Positions 1-8,835 of a stretch of DNA of 64,000 bases are shown here, one piece after another. Location of the stretch: assembly GCA_963737655.1 (NCBI GenBank), contig CAVTTN010000002.1:5248001-5312000 (forward strand). The letters are read 5' to 3'. The stretch's first letter is position 1, and the number at the start of each line of letters is the position of its first letter. The notes under the pieces are model-generated. The model saw nothing but the letters and a program-made list of their open reading frames with translations. It was not told the DNA's origin and searched no databases. Position numbers and translations under genes: made by a program. This DNA is from an uncultured Planctomycetota bacterium (GTDB taxonomy: Bacteria; Planctomycetota; Planctomycetia; Isosphaerales; Isosphaeraceae).

Positions 1-558
1 AAGTGCCGCAACTCCCCGTTCGCCATCTACTTCCGGTTCGACACGCCCGAGCCCGGCAAGGAAGTCGTCTACGCCGAGGGGCGGTACGACAACCAGATGA
101 TCGCCCACAGCGTCGGCTTCAGCCGGAAGCTGATCCCCCGGATCAAGGTCGCGCCCACCTCCGCCCTGGCCATGCGAGGCAACCGCCACCCGATCACCGA
201 GGCGGGCCTGTTGAACCTGACCAACCGGCTGATCAACTTCCGCAAGATGGACCTGGACGACCCCGAGGCCGGGACCACCCTGGACCGCTGGGCCGACCCC
301 GCCTCGGGCCGGACCTGGCTCCGCTCGATCCACACCCACCCGCACTTCTCCGAGTCTCGCCCCTTCCAGTACATCGAGGTCCTGTACGACCCGGAAACCC
401 GAATTCCTCACAAGATCACCAGTTACGACTGGCCCAGGCCGGGCGAGACCGGGCCGAGGAAGCTCGCCGAGCAGTACCAGTACGACGACCTGGACCTCAA
501 GGCCCCGCTGACCGACCTGGACTTCGACCCGGCCAACCCGGCGTACGACTTCCAGTAG
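1..558 (+). CDS. DUF1571-family protein, 5'-truncated by window edge
   Basis: Frame open from base 1 (KCRNSPFAIYFRFDTPEPGKEVVYAEGRYDNQMIAH...HPITEAG...EQYQYDDL...DFDPANPAYDF), resembling planctomycete DUF1571. Confidence 0.75.
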   Translation, partial: KCRNSPFAIYFRFDTPEPGKEVVYAEGRYDNQMIAHSVGFSRKLIPRIKVAPTSALAMRGNRHPITEAGLLNLTNRLINFRKMDLDDPEAGTTLDRWADPASGRTWLRSIHTHPHFSESRPFQYIEVLYDPETRIPHKITSYDWPRPGETGPRKLAEQYQYDDLDLKAPLTDLDFDPANPAYDFQ

Positions 559-721
559 GGTCCGGTTCGGCCCGGGACTCCCGAGACCCGATCCCACCGG
601 TTTTCGACTGGAAGCCGAGGCCCGGGTATGGCATCGTGGACGGTGAGGGCCCTTCCTCTCCGCCGTGCCGGGGCCTCGACCAGTCACGCCTCTCTCGCGG
701 AACGGGATAGGATCGCGTCCC

Positions 722-1009
722 ATGGCCAGGACCACCGTCGGCTGCTCCGAGCCCGGCTGCGCCGAGCCGGCCGCCTACAAGATCGCCGCCCCCTGGAGCG
801 ACGGAAGCTTTTCCGAGCTCAAAACTTACGGCCACGCCTGCGCCGACCACCTCGGCAGCGTCTTCCGCGCCGCCGAGCAACGTCGCCAGGAATATCAGCC
901 CGGGCCCGGCGAGACCATCGAAGAAATCGGCCTCTACCGCTACGAACAGGGCCGACGCGACCGCCAGCTCCAGAGGCTCTGGGGCCTCGAAGAGAATTAC
1001 CGCTCGTAA
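722..1009 (+). CDS. small hypothetical protein, possible Cys/His metal-binding motif
   Basis: MARTTVGCSEPGC...YKIAAPWSDG...ELKTYGHACADHL; coding-like composition. Confidence 0.7.
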   Translation: MARTTVGCSEPGCAEPAAYKIAAPWSDGSFSELKTYGHACADHLGSVFRAAEQRRQEYQPGPGETIEEIGLYRYEQGRRDRQLQRLWGLEENYRS

Positions 1010-1011
1010 GC

Positions 1012-1032
1012 GGTGCATTTCATGCACCCTAC
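1012..1032 (-). repeat. GTAG-type REP, family A (GTAG-GGTGCAT-GAA-ATGCACC)
   Basis: GGTGCATTTCATGCACCCTAC; identical copies at 17365, 22436, 23592/23618/23644, 30538 and 30684. Confidence 0.9.
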
Positions 1033-1475
1033 GGGCGGAGAGCCTTGGTGATCTCGCGGAGGTTCCTCGCGTTCTGGCCGAGGTCCGCCTTGCCGATCCG
1101 CGATTGGCTGTGGCCGGTGATCCGGGTCCCGTGCGGGATGGGCTCGAATTTCAGGCGGATATCGTCCACGAACCGCCAGACGAGCGTCTTGTGGGTGGCG
1201 TGAAGAGTCCCCGAACCCGGGTCGGCCGACTCGACCCGCCATCGAGGCAATCGCCGGAGGATCGCCTCGGCCTTGCTCACCGATTCGGCCACCGGCAACG
1301 GCCAATCGACGGCCCGGAGCCCGGGGTCGGCGGCGTTTTCGGCGATGTCGGCCCAGTTCTTCGAGAACCCGTCCCAGAACGACATCAAAACCCCCACGCC
1401 CAGGGTCAAGACCGCGGCCGCCGCGAGCCGACGGGCCCGGGATCGACGTTTCGGAAGGGCCGGAGGATCGCTCAC
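1029..1475 (-). CDS. DUF1499-family membrane-anchored protein
   Basis: N-terminal TM; LHATHKTLVWRFVDDI and SQSRIGKADLGQNARN motifs. Confidence 0.8.
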   Translation of the reverse strand: MSDPPALPKRRSRARRLAAAAVLTLGVGVLMSFWDGFSKNWADIAENAADPGLRAVDWPLPVAESVSKAEAILRRLPRWRVESADPGSGTLHATHKTLVWRFVDDIRLKFEPIPHGTRITGHSQSRIGKADLGQNARNLREITKALRP

Positions 1476-1597
1476 GGATGCGGCTCGCCCGGTTTCTCGG
1501 CCCAGGACCGCCTTATTGTGATCGCGCCGGCAAGGGAATCATCGGGACCGCCGGCCGATTCGATCAGGGTCGAAGGAAAGAATGGCGAGGAGGCGAC

Positions 1598-2140
1598 ATG
1601 GCCGGCGCTTTCCCCAGGAGATTCACGCTGGCCGACGCGATGATCCTCGTAGCGGCGGCGGGAGCCGGCCTGGCGGGCGCACGATGGTGGTACCGCCAGC
1701 CCGGCTTCGTCAACCCGTCGTCGCTGGACGTCCAATCCTCGACCGAGCTCGTCGCCTGGGCCCTCATGCCGTTCATTCCGGCCCTGGCGATGATTCGGCT
1801 GAAGGGGCCCCGTCCTCGTCGTCGCAAGCTCTTGCGGGAATCGGGGTTCCAGGCGATCACGGCGAGCGGGCTGGGGGTGGTCGCGGCCCTCCTGACGGGC
1901 CGATGGGGCATCCGTCCGGGTTGGTCGAGCCTCGGCTACGGGATCGGCAGCGGCGCGCCGGACATGGTCGGGCCGGCGGTGGCGATCTCCTGGCTCCTGA
2001 CCGGCCTGGCCGGGGCCCGGAGGTCCCGACCCGGGGCGATCGACCGTTCGGGGAGGGCCCTGGGCTGGCTCTGGATCGCGGTCTGGGCCTCTCGCTGCGC
2101 GCTCTTGCCCGACTCCTTGATCCGGATGTGGATCGGTTGA
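1598..2140 (+). CDS. hypothetical multi-pass membrane protein
   Basis: GGAGG RBS; RRFTLADAMILVAA start; several hydrophobic segments. Confidence 0.7.
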   Translation: MAGAFPRRFTLADAMILVAAAGAGLAGARWWYRQPGFVNPSSLDVQSSTELVAWALMPFIPALAMIRLKGPRPRRRKLLRESGFQAITASGLGVVAALLTGRWGIRPGWSSLGYGIGSGAPDMVGPAVAISWLLTGLAGARRSRPGAIDRSGRALGWLWIAVWASRCALLPDSLIRMWIG

Positions 2141-2296
2141 TGCCTCCGATGGGTCCGGGCGTCTCCCGGTCGTCACAACCGGACCGTCCCTCACCCTCGT
2201 CCTAATGGGCCGTTGGCTCGGGATTTCGGGCGTCGGGCGATGGAACGCGGGCTCGGCTCGCGACGATATAACGGTCGGTCAAGCCCGCCTCGGGGG

Positions 2297-2310
2297 CCGG
2301 CAGGAGCCGG
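2297..2310 (+). promoter_or_regulatory. putative CsrA-binding hairpin in the fliW leader
   Basis: CCGGC-AGGA-GCCGG perfect stem with GGA loop. Confidence 0.5.
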
Positions 2311-2438
2311 AATGCTCGGGGCGGGTCCGTCGTCCGCGGGATGCGTCGTGGCCGCGTGGCCTTCTTCACCGAGGGCGACGCGCCGGGTCGGGGGCTTCCC
2401 AGCGCCTCCGCCCCGACGTCCCAGGGAGGGAACAGGAA

Positions 2439-2915
2439 GTGAACATCGTCACGACCCGCTTCGGACCCGTTCAGGTCGAGGAGTCGGACTTCGTCCGGAT
2501 CCCCGAGGGCCTGGTCGGTTTCCGAGGCCACACGTTGTATGTCCAGATGCCCGACCCGGTTGTGTCCGGCCTCTGGTGGCTCCAGTCCGCCAGCGCCCCG
2601 GACGTGGCCTTCGCGATCGTGGCCCCTCCCCTGGCCGTCTCCGATTACCGGGTCGAGCTCCGACCCGGCGACCGCACGGCCCTGGAGCTGGACGACGAGC
2701 GATCCGCGCTGATCTACGTGATCCTCAACCGGGGCGAGGGGGGCGGCCTGGTGGTCAACCTCCAGGGCCCCCTGGTGTTCAACCCGGCGAAGCGGCTCGG
2801 CCGCCAGCTGGTGCTGACCTCCAGCCGATACGCGGTCCGGTTCCCCCTGGAAGGCCCGGCCGCGTCGCCCACCCTGCCCCTGAAGACCTCCTCGACGCTT
2901 CGAGCGTCCGCCTAG
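2439..2915 (+). CDS. fliW: flagellar assembly factor / CsrA antagonist FliW
   Basis: GTG start after GGAGG; TTRFG, PEGLVGF, WLQS and VNLQGPLVFN...GRQLVL motifs; directly upstream of csrA. Confidence 0.9.
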   Translation: MNIVTTRFGPVQVEESDFVRIPEGLVGFRGHTLYVQMPDPVVSGLWWLQSASAPDVAFAIVAPPLAVSDYRVELRPGDRTALELDDERSALIYVILNRGEGGGLVVNLQGPLVFNPAKRLGRQLVLTSSRYAVRFPLEGPAASPTLPLKTSSTLRASA

Positions 2916-3023
2916 GTCGTCGGGGCACCGGGGCGAGGGCCCCGGGACCTCCCGGAGACGGCCTCCTACGGCCCGATCCGCGAGGTTTCGACCCCCGCCC
3001 AGGCCCGGCGGACCCCCGGGCGG

Positions 3024-3043
3024 CGTGACCACGGACGGTCACG
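3024..3043 (+). promoter_or_regulatory. putative CsrA-binding hairpin upstream of csrA
   Basis: CGTGACC-ACGGAC-GGTCACG: 7-bp stem with ANGGA hexaloop. Confidence 0.6.
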
Positions 3044-3145
3044 GGTCGCGGACCCAGTCGCCCGCCCCCAGGACGCCCGCCGAGCCTCATGCCCGCCAGC
3101 CGTGCCGAGCCGAGCCGAGCAGAGCAGGAGGAAGGAGCCCGAACG

Positions 3146-3412
3146 ATGCTTGTGCTGTCCCGCCACCGCGACGAATCCATCATCATCGGCGATGACATCG
3201 TCATCACCGTGGTGGACATCCGGGGCGACAAGGTCCGATTGGGGATCGCGGCCCCGATCGAGATCAGCGTGCACCGCCAGGAGGTGTACGAGGCGATCCA
3301 GCGAGAGAACCGGCAGGCCAGCCGCCTGGACCCCCAGGACGCCCGCCAGCTCGACGCCCTCAGCCCCCCGATCCGTCGCGACCTCCGTCGCGCCCGGCCC
3401 GAAGGCGCCTGA
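3146..3412 (+). CDS. csrA: carbon storage regulator CsrA
   Basis: MLVLSRHRDESIIIGDDIVITVVDIRGDKVRLGIAAPIEISVHRQEVY. Confidence 0.97.
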   Translation: MLVLSRHRDESIIIGDDIVITVVDIRGDKVRLGIAAPIEISVHRQEVYEAIQRENRQASRLDPQDARQLDALSPPIRRDLRRARPEGA

Positions 3413-4148
3413 GGCCCCGATCGGCCTTCGCCCCCTTTTCAACCCCACGCCTGCCCGGCCGCCGAACCCCCCTCAGGGATCGCGCGGCCGGTCTCTTTTT
3501 TCCACCTCCCCTGCCCTGCCCCGCCCCGCCCTCACCCCTTCGATCGTCCTCCCCCCGCACCAGTCACCATCGCGACCCGCCCCCGGCGGCGATCAGGTTT
3601 CTTGTGAAATTCAGAGGTTTTCGATCTCGCAATCGTGGATTTCGAACCGATTCACGAGACAAGATCGCGCGTGTTTGAAATCGCCTGAAATCGAAGACGG
3701 CCGATCGATCCTTCGAGAATGCAACCCATTGGCCCGATTGCGCTTAACTCACACGTTTCTGAGAAACCCACATTTCTGAATTCCTACCCATGCGCACTTC
3801 CGTTGCGCGGCGGATTTGGCTTGTTTTTTGGCCCGAACCGCGAATCAAACGAGGAAAGTGTTGTCAAGTTCGTCCCGGATGATGTCCGCTTGACGCGCTC
3901 TGGGATCGGCATCCGAAACAAGCCGAAGCCTCGTGGGGTCAACCTCGTGTCACGAGGCCCGCCCGCCCGACGTTCGAGGGTCCAGGGGATCGCGGGGCCG
4001 GGAGCCGGCCTCCCCCGATGGAACCATCGAGGGTGATCGCCCCGGACTTCCGGAAAATTCGCTTGCTCCGGCCGTGGGTCGGGCCTTAACCTGTCAATTC
4101 GAGAATGCGTCGGGCGGACGGGATTCGGATCGACAGGCGCTCGAATCC

Positions 4149-4646
4149 ATGAGTCTTGATTCGGATCATGCCAAAGGTGAGTCCCCCTTGTCCGCGAGGC
4201 TGTCGATCCGGGGTGTGTCCCACGCATGTTTGCTTGTGTCGGTGATCCTGGCCGAGCTGGGGGCGACCCTGCTCATGGACCGCCCTGCGCTCCTCCAGCC
4301 TTCGGTGCCTTGCTTCCCCCCGATGGCGCCGAGCCGGGCCGAGACGACCATCCAGGTTCCGGTGGTCAATCGGTCGGGCCGACCGATCCGGATCGTGGGC
4401 ATCCCGAGGCCGGGCGGCCAGCCGGGCCTCTTCCGGGGATCGGGCACATCGGTGACGATCCCGCCGTGGGGCCGGGTCTGGGTGCCGATCTCGGGGGCCA
4501 TGATCCGCTCGGGCCGAGGTCTGGCGAGGCTCGTCGCCCTGACCGACGACCCCGATTTGCCCCGGTTCGAGCTGCTCGTGGACACCGGCCGCATCCCGTT
4601 CACGCCCCCGTCGCCCACGGGTCCGTCCGGCCCGACGACCCCCTGA
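4149..4646 (+). CDS. hypothetical protein, N-terminal TM plus Ig-like (DUF1573-like) domain
   Basis: Hydrophobic segment then VPVVNRSGRPIRIVG...VTIPP...LTDDP; start uncertain. Confidence 0.5.
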   Translation: MSLDSDHAKGESPLSARLSIRGVSHACLLVSVILAELGATLLMDRPALLQPSVPCFPPMAPSRAETTIQVPVVNRSGRPIRIVGIPRPGGQPGLFRGSGTSVTIPPWGRVWVPISGAMIRSGRGLARLVALTDDPDLPRFELLVDTGRIPFTPPSPTGPSGPTTP

Positions 4647-4669
4647 TCGATCCGTCGCGAGGATCGTCG

Positions 4670-5794
4670 ATGGCCGACCTGAAAATGCGTTGCTCTTTCC
4701 GAGAGATTCATGTCTTCGCGATTTTCTGCGTCCTCGGAGCGCCGGCCCTGGCCGACGAGGCGACCGTGGCGAGGGTCCGCGCCGAGTTCCCGGAGGCCGT
4801 GATCGCGATGGACGAGGCGCTCAAGCACGTCCGGATCGTCGCGACCGTGGACGAGGTGGCAACGCCCCGAGGATCGACCGTGGCGAAGGCCCGGACCTAC
4901 CGCCTCGAATACAGCCGCTCGGGGCCTCTCCAGAAGCTGGTCCGAATCGAGGGCGAGGAAGGCACCGACGGCTATCAAAAGCGGGTGCTGTGCCAGGCGC
5001 CTTCCTACGCCTTCTGGGCCGACCAGGCGGGGAAAGCCCCGGGGCTGGCCCTCATGGGCTTCGACTGGGGTTTGAGCGAACATATGGATCAAGAAATAAG
5101 CATTCATAAATATGAAGTCGTTCTACAATTCACGAGAACGACCTATCCCCTGCGCGACATGATCGCCGAGCCTTCGTTCCAGGTCGTCGGGGCGACGACG
5201 GCGGTAGAAAACGGCGAGGAGGTCGTCAAGTTCGAGGTCTCTCACGTCGCGTTCATCCCGAGGCTCTACAATCCGGCCACCAAGAAGACGGAGCCGAAGC
5301 ATGACTTGAGGCGCACCCGGTTCACGGCGGTCCCCGGGCGGGGCTGGGCAATCACGCGATGGGAGCCTCTCTTCGGCGATCGGCCCTGGCCGCCACAACC
5401 CTTCGTTTACGGGACGCTCGAATCCGCGAAGGACGGCCGAACCCCCGCCGTCCCGGCCCGGATGGTCTACCACACAACACGCTCCCACGCGACGACCGTC
5501 TACACCACGTTCGAATTCGCCAATCTGCCGGACTCCGAGTTCACGCTAGCCTCGGTCGGCCTGCCCGAGGTCGCCGACCCCGGGACCGGCTCGAAGAGGC
5601 CGTGGGCGGCCTACGCGCTCCTGGCCGCGTCGGCGGCGCTGCTGGTCCTTTCGATCGTCCTGAGGTGGTGGTCGCGGGGACGACCTCCGGGCGAACCCGG
5701 GCCCCTCGTCGCGCCTCCGGGACCTGGCGATCCCTCCAGCGAGGCCGCTCCGGCGATCGGACCCGTCCCGTCCCTCAACGAGAATGGACGTTAG
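4670..5794 (+). CDS. exported protein with C-terminal GLPE-TM-basic anchor
   Basis: Signal-like N-terminus ending ALA; C-terminal EFTLASVGLPEV, TM helix, RWWSR. Confidence 0.65.
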   Translation: MADLKMRCSFREIHVFAIFCVLGAPALADEATVARVRAEFPEAVIAMDEALKHVRIVATVDEVATPRGSTVAKARTYRLEYSRSGPLQKLVRIEGEEGTDGYQKRVLCQAPSYAFWADQAGKAPGLALMGFDWGLSEHMDQEISIHKYEVVLQFTRTTYPLRDMIAEPSFQVVGATTAVENGEEVVKFEVSHVAFIPRLYNPATKKTEPKHDLRRTRFTAVPGRGWAITRWEPLFGDRPWPPQPFVYGTLESAKDGRTPAVPARMVYHTTRSHATTVYTTFEFANLPDSEFTLASVGLPEVADPGTGSKRPWAAYALLAASAALLVLSIVLRWWSRGRPPGEPGPLVAPPGPGDPSSEAAPAIGPVPSLNENGR

Positions 5795-5823
5795 AATATG
5801 CATGACTTTCGTATAAATAAGTC

Positions 5824-6012
5824 GTGAAATATTGATCTTGCCCGCGCCTTCCCTCTCCGTCCGATCCGCTCCGAAACCGAGCTCGATCGGGCGATCGCGG
5901 TGGCCGACTCGTTGAGCGATCGCTCTGAGCTTGCGTCCGCGCAATATGATTACCTGATGGTTCTTTGCCGGATCATCGAGCGCTATGAGGACGTCCACCA
6001 CCGGATGCCCTC
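5824..6012 (+). pseudogene. higA: HigA-type antitoxin N-terminal remnant
   Basis: Frame from 5834 reads DLARAFPLRPIRSETELDRAIAVADSLSDRSELASAQYDYLMVLCRIIERYEDVHHRMP; in-frame stop at 5825, no HTH, no toxin gene; absent from ORF track. Confidence 0.7.
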
Positions 6013-6038
6013 GGACGGCCCGGGGCCGTTTGGGGGGT

Positions 6039-6599
6039 TCAATCCAGGTCGATGATGAATTCCTCGTCCTCGTCGTCGAAGAGGAATTGCGGAGGGGGGC
6101 CGTCGGGGTCGTCGGGGCGGGGGTTGGTCCGGCCGGGGGTGGGGAGGGCCGATTCGAGGCTGGGCGGCGGGAATTCGAGCGACGGGCCCGGCGGGGCGAA
6201 CGCGGGAGCCGGCGCGGGTCGGCCGAAGTTGGCCGGGGGGGCCGGCGAACGGGTCGAAGCCGCCGTTGCTGCGGGACGCTTCCAGCGGGCTTCCTCGGAG
6301 GGGCTGGGCAGGTCGTCCGGGCCGAGGTAGACCTTGAACTTGACCCGGCCGATCGTCAGACGGTCATTGGGTAGGAGCGCCGCCCACGCCACCTTCTGGC
6401 CGTTGACCTTCGTGCCGTTGGTGCTCACCAGGTCGCGGATCATCAGCAGGCCGTCGGTCCGGACGATCACCGCATGCCTCTTCGAGAGGCTCGGGTGGTC
6501 GATGGTCGCATCGCAGAAGGCCCGGCGGCCGACGACCGTCACGTCGCGGACGATCGGGATCGGCGGGCCTCCGTCCAGGGGCACAAGCTCGGCTTTCAT
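6039..6599 (-). CDS. FHA domain protein with Pro-rich/acidic tail
   Basis: VGR...SLSKRHA...DLVSTNGTKVNG FHA motifs. Confidence 0.92.
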   Translation of the reverse strand: MKAELVPLDGGPPIPIVRDVTVVGRRAFCDATIDHPSLSKRHAVIVRTDGLLMIRDLVSTNGTKVNGQKVAWAALLPNDRLTIGRVKFKVYLGPDDLPSPSEEARWKRPAATAASTRSPAPPANFGRPAPAPAFAPPGPSLEFPPPSLESALPTPGRTNPRPDDPDGPPPQFLFDDEDEEFIIDLD

Positions 6600-6847
6600 C
6601 GGCGGCTCGGCGAGGGAGGATGGGGAGACGGGACGTCGCGTCGCTTCCGTTCCATCATGGCCGTCGGGCCGCCCCGGGGCAAGCCGGATCGCGGCGTGAA
6701 GGGTGGTCGGCGTGGCCCGGCCGGGGGCGAGTCGCCTTTTCGACCCGGGCGAAACCCCGGGGGGGCGTCCGGGGTATCGGTTTCCGTCCTGGCGACGATC
6801 CCGACGCGACGACGAACGCCGGCCTCGGCCCTCCGGAGGGGCAAATC

Positions 6848-8587
6848 ATGTTCTTGCGCCATGCGGTTTGGATCCTGATCGGCCTGGTGGGTGCCTCGGC
6901 GAGGGCCGACGGGCCCGACCCGTCTCGACTGGTGGGGAAGGACGCCTTCCTCTATGCCGAGGTCTCGCGGCCCGAGGCGCTGTTCGACCGCGTCCTGAGC
7001 GAGCGGGTCGGGCGGCTATTGAAGGCGGTCCCGGGGTATGACAAGCTGCTCGATCGGCCCGAGCTCGGCCATGTGAAGGCCGTGGTCGAGGTGGTCACGA
7101 CGCAGCTCGGAACGTCCCCGGAGAAGGCCGCTCGCGACCTTTTGGGCGGCGGGGTCGTCCTGGCCGTCGAGGGGGAAAAGGCGCCGGAGCGGGTCTTCCT
7201 GATCGTCTCGCCCCGGGACCTCGGGTTCCTCGAAAAGGCCCACGATAAGCTCCGGGATCTCGCCCGCCAGGACGCGGCGACGAAGGGGAACCCCGATCCG
7301 GTGAAGGAATCGGAGCATCGGGGCGTGAAGATCTATAGCGTGGGCCCGACGGAGGCGCACGCGATCGTCGATGGGAAACTGCTCGTGGCCAACGGCCCCG
7401 AGACGCTCAAGATGCTGATCGGCCGGGCGAAGGGGGACGCCTTCGCGACGATCGCCGACGACGAGGGCTGGAAGGCCCGCCGGGCGGCCCGGGACCCCGA
7501 GGGCCTGGCCTGGGCCCAGGCCCGGGTGGACCGCCTCCGGGCCAACGACCCCAGGATGTTCGGCGGGTCGGAGGGCAAGCCGCCGGCGGCCACGTTCCTG
7601 TTCGCCAACTGGGCGGAGGCCGTCCGCAAGGCGGACTGGGCGACGCTCGGCCTGTCGTGGACCGACAATCGCCTGGCCGCCGAGCTGACGGTTTCGACGC
7701 CCCACGGCGGCTATTCCGAGACGTTGCGCAAGTTCCTGCCGCCCAAGGGGGACGCGGCCCCCAGGCCGGTGAAGGTGCCCGGGATGATCGCCAGCGGCGG
7801 CGCCTGGCGAGACCTCGCGGCGATCTGGGACGTCCGCGCCGACCTGCTGCCCCCCGAGAGCGTCCAGGGGCTGTCGCAGCTCGACACCCAGGCCGGGACG
7901 TTCTTCGGCGGTCGCGATTTCGGCACCGGGGTGCTCGGTGCGCTCGGGCCGAAGCTGCGGGTCGTGGTGGCCGATCAGGATTTCTCCTCGATGAAGCCCA
8001 CGCCCGACCTGAAATACCCGGCCGTCGCCCTGATCCTCGACCTGAAGCCGGAGGATGAGGAGTTCGCCGTCCGGCTGAAGTCGGCGTTCCAGTCGTTCAT
8101 CGGCCTGGCGAACCTCGGGGCGGCGCAGTCGAAGGCCCCGCCGTTGATGCTCGGGACCGAGACGGTGGACGGGGTCGCGATCTCGACGGCGAAGTTCCTG
8201 GCGCCGAAGGCCCCGGCGCCGGGGCCGGTCGATCCCCGGTTCAACTTCACCCCGTCGGCCATGCAGGTGGGCGACCAGTTCGTCATCAGCTCGGGCCTGG
8301 GACTGGCCAAGGACCTGGTCTCGGCCCTGAAGGAGCCGAGGAAGGCGACCGAGTCCACCCTGTTGATCGACGCCGACGGCGCCGCCCTCGCCCGCCTCTT
8401 CGAGAAGAACCGCGAGCGGCTGGTGTCGCAGAACATGCTGGAAAAAGGCAACCCCCGGGCCCGGGCCGAGGGCGAGGTCGGCCTCTTCCTCGACCTCCTG
8501 AAGTATCTCGGACGAGGGACGCTCTCGGCCGAGGACCGGGCGGATTCGGTCCGAGTGAAGGCGGAGTTTTCTCTGGATGCGAAGTGA
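6848..8587 (+). CDS. secreted hypothetical protein (DUF3352-like)
   Basis: Signal peptide ending ARA; upstream of DUF1800/DUF1501. Confidence 0.7.
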   Translation: MFLRHAVWILIGLVGASARADGPDPSRLVGKDAFLYAEVSRPEALFDRVLSERVGRLLKAVPGYDKLLDRPELGHVKAVVEVVTTQLGTSPEKAARDLLGGGVVLAVEGEKAPERVFLIVSPRDLGFLEKAHDKLRDLARQDAATKGNPDPVKESEHRGVKIYSVGPTEAHAIVDGKLLVANGPETLKMLIGRAKGDAFATIADDEGWKARRAARDPEGLAWAQARVDRLRANDPRMFGGSEGKPPAATFLFANWAEAVRKADWATLGLSWTDNRLAAELTVSTPHGGYSETLRKFLPPKGDAAPRPVKVPGMIASGGAWRDLAAIWDVRADLLPPESVQGLSQLDTQAGTFFGGRDFGTGVLGALGPKLRVVVADQDFSSMKPTPDLKYPAVALILDLKPEDEEFAVRLKSAFQSFIGLANLGAAQSKAPPLMLGTETVDGVAISTAKFLAPKAPAPGPVDPRFNFTPSAMQVGDQFVISSGLGLAKDLVSALKEPRKATESTLLIDADGAALARLFEKNRERLVSQNMLEKGNPRARAEGEVGLFLDLLKYLGRGTLSAEDRADSVRVKAEFSLDAK

Positions 8588-8665
8588 GAGGCGGGGCAAG
8601 GAGCCGGGGGCGGGGAAAATGGTGTCCGATCGGCTCTGTCGAAAACCCCGGTGATGGAGAGGAAT

Positions 8666-8739
8666 CGAGCAGGTCCGACTTCAGTCGGGCCTACAAAACA
8701 AGACGTTTTTGTAGGCCCGACTGAAGTCGGACCTGCTCG
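8666..8739. repeat. REPIN-like inverted doublet, REP family B (GTAGGCCCGACTGAAGTCGGACC)
   Basis: 33-bp perfect inverted arms 8666-8698 and 8707-8739, each with an internal hairpin; related copy at 34920. Confidence 0.85.
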
Positions 8740-8835
8740 TTGGACCTCGGCGAACCGGGTTTTCTTCCTCGACGGACCCGATCGGACACCATTCCCCCTC
8801 CCCTGGCACCATGACCCCCGATCCCGGGAGCTTTT

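Noticed and set aside
2241..2270. Sigma28 promoter upstream of fliW (GACGATAT)
   Set aside because: The -10-like match is imperfect and there is no convincing -35.
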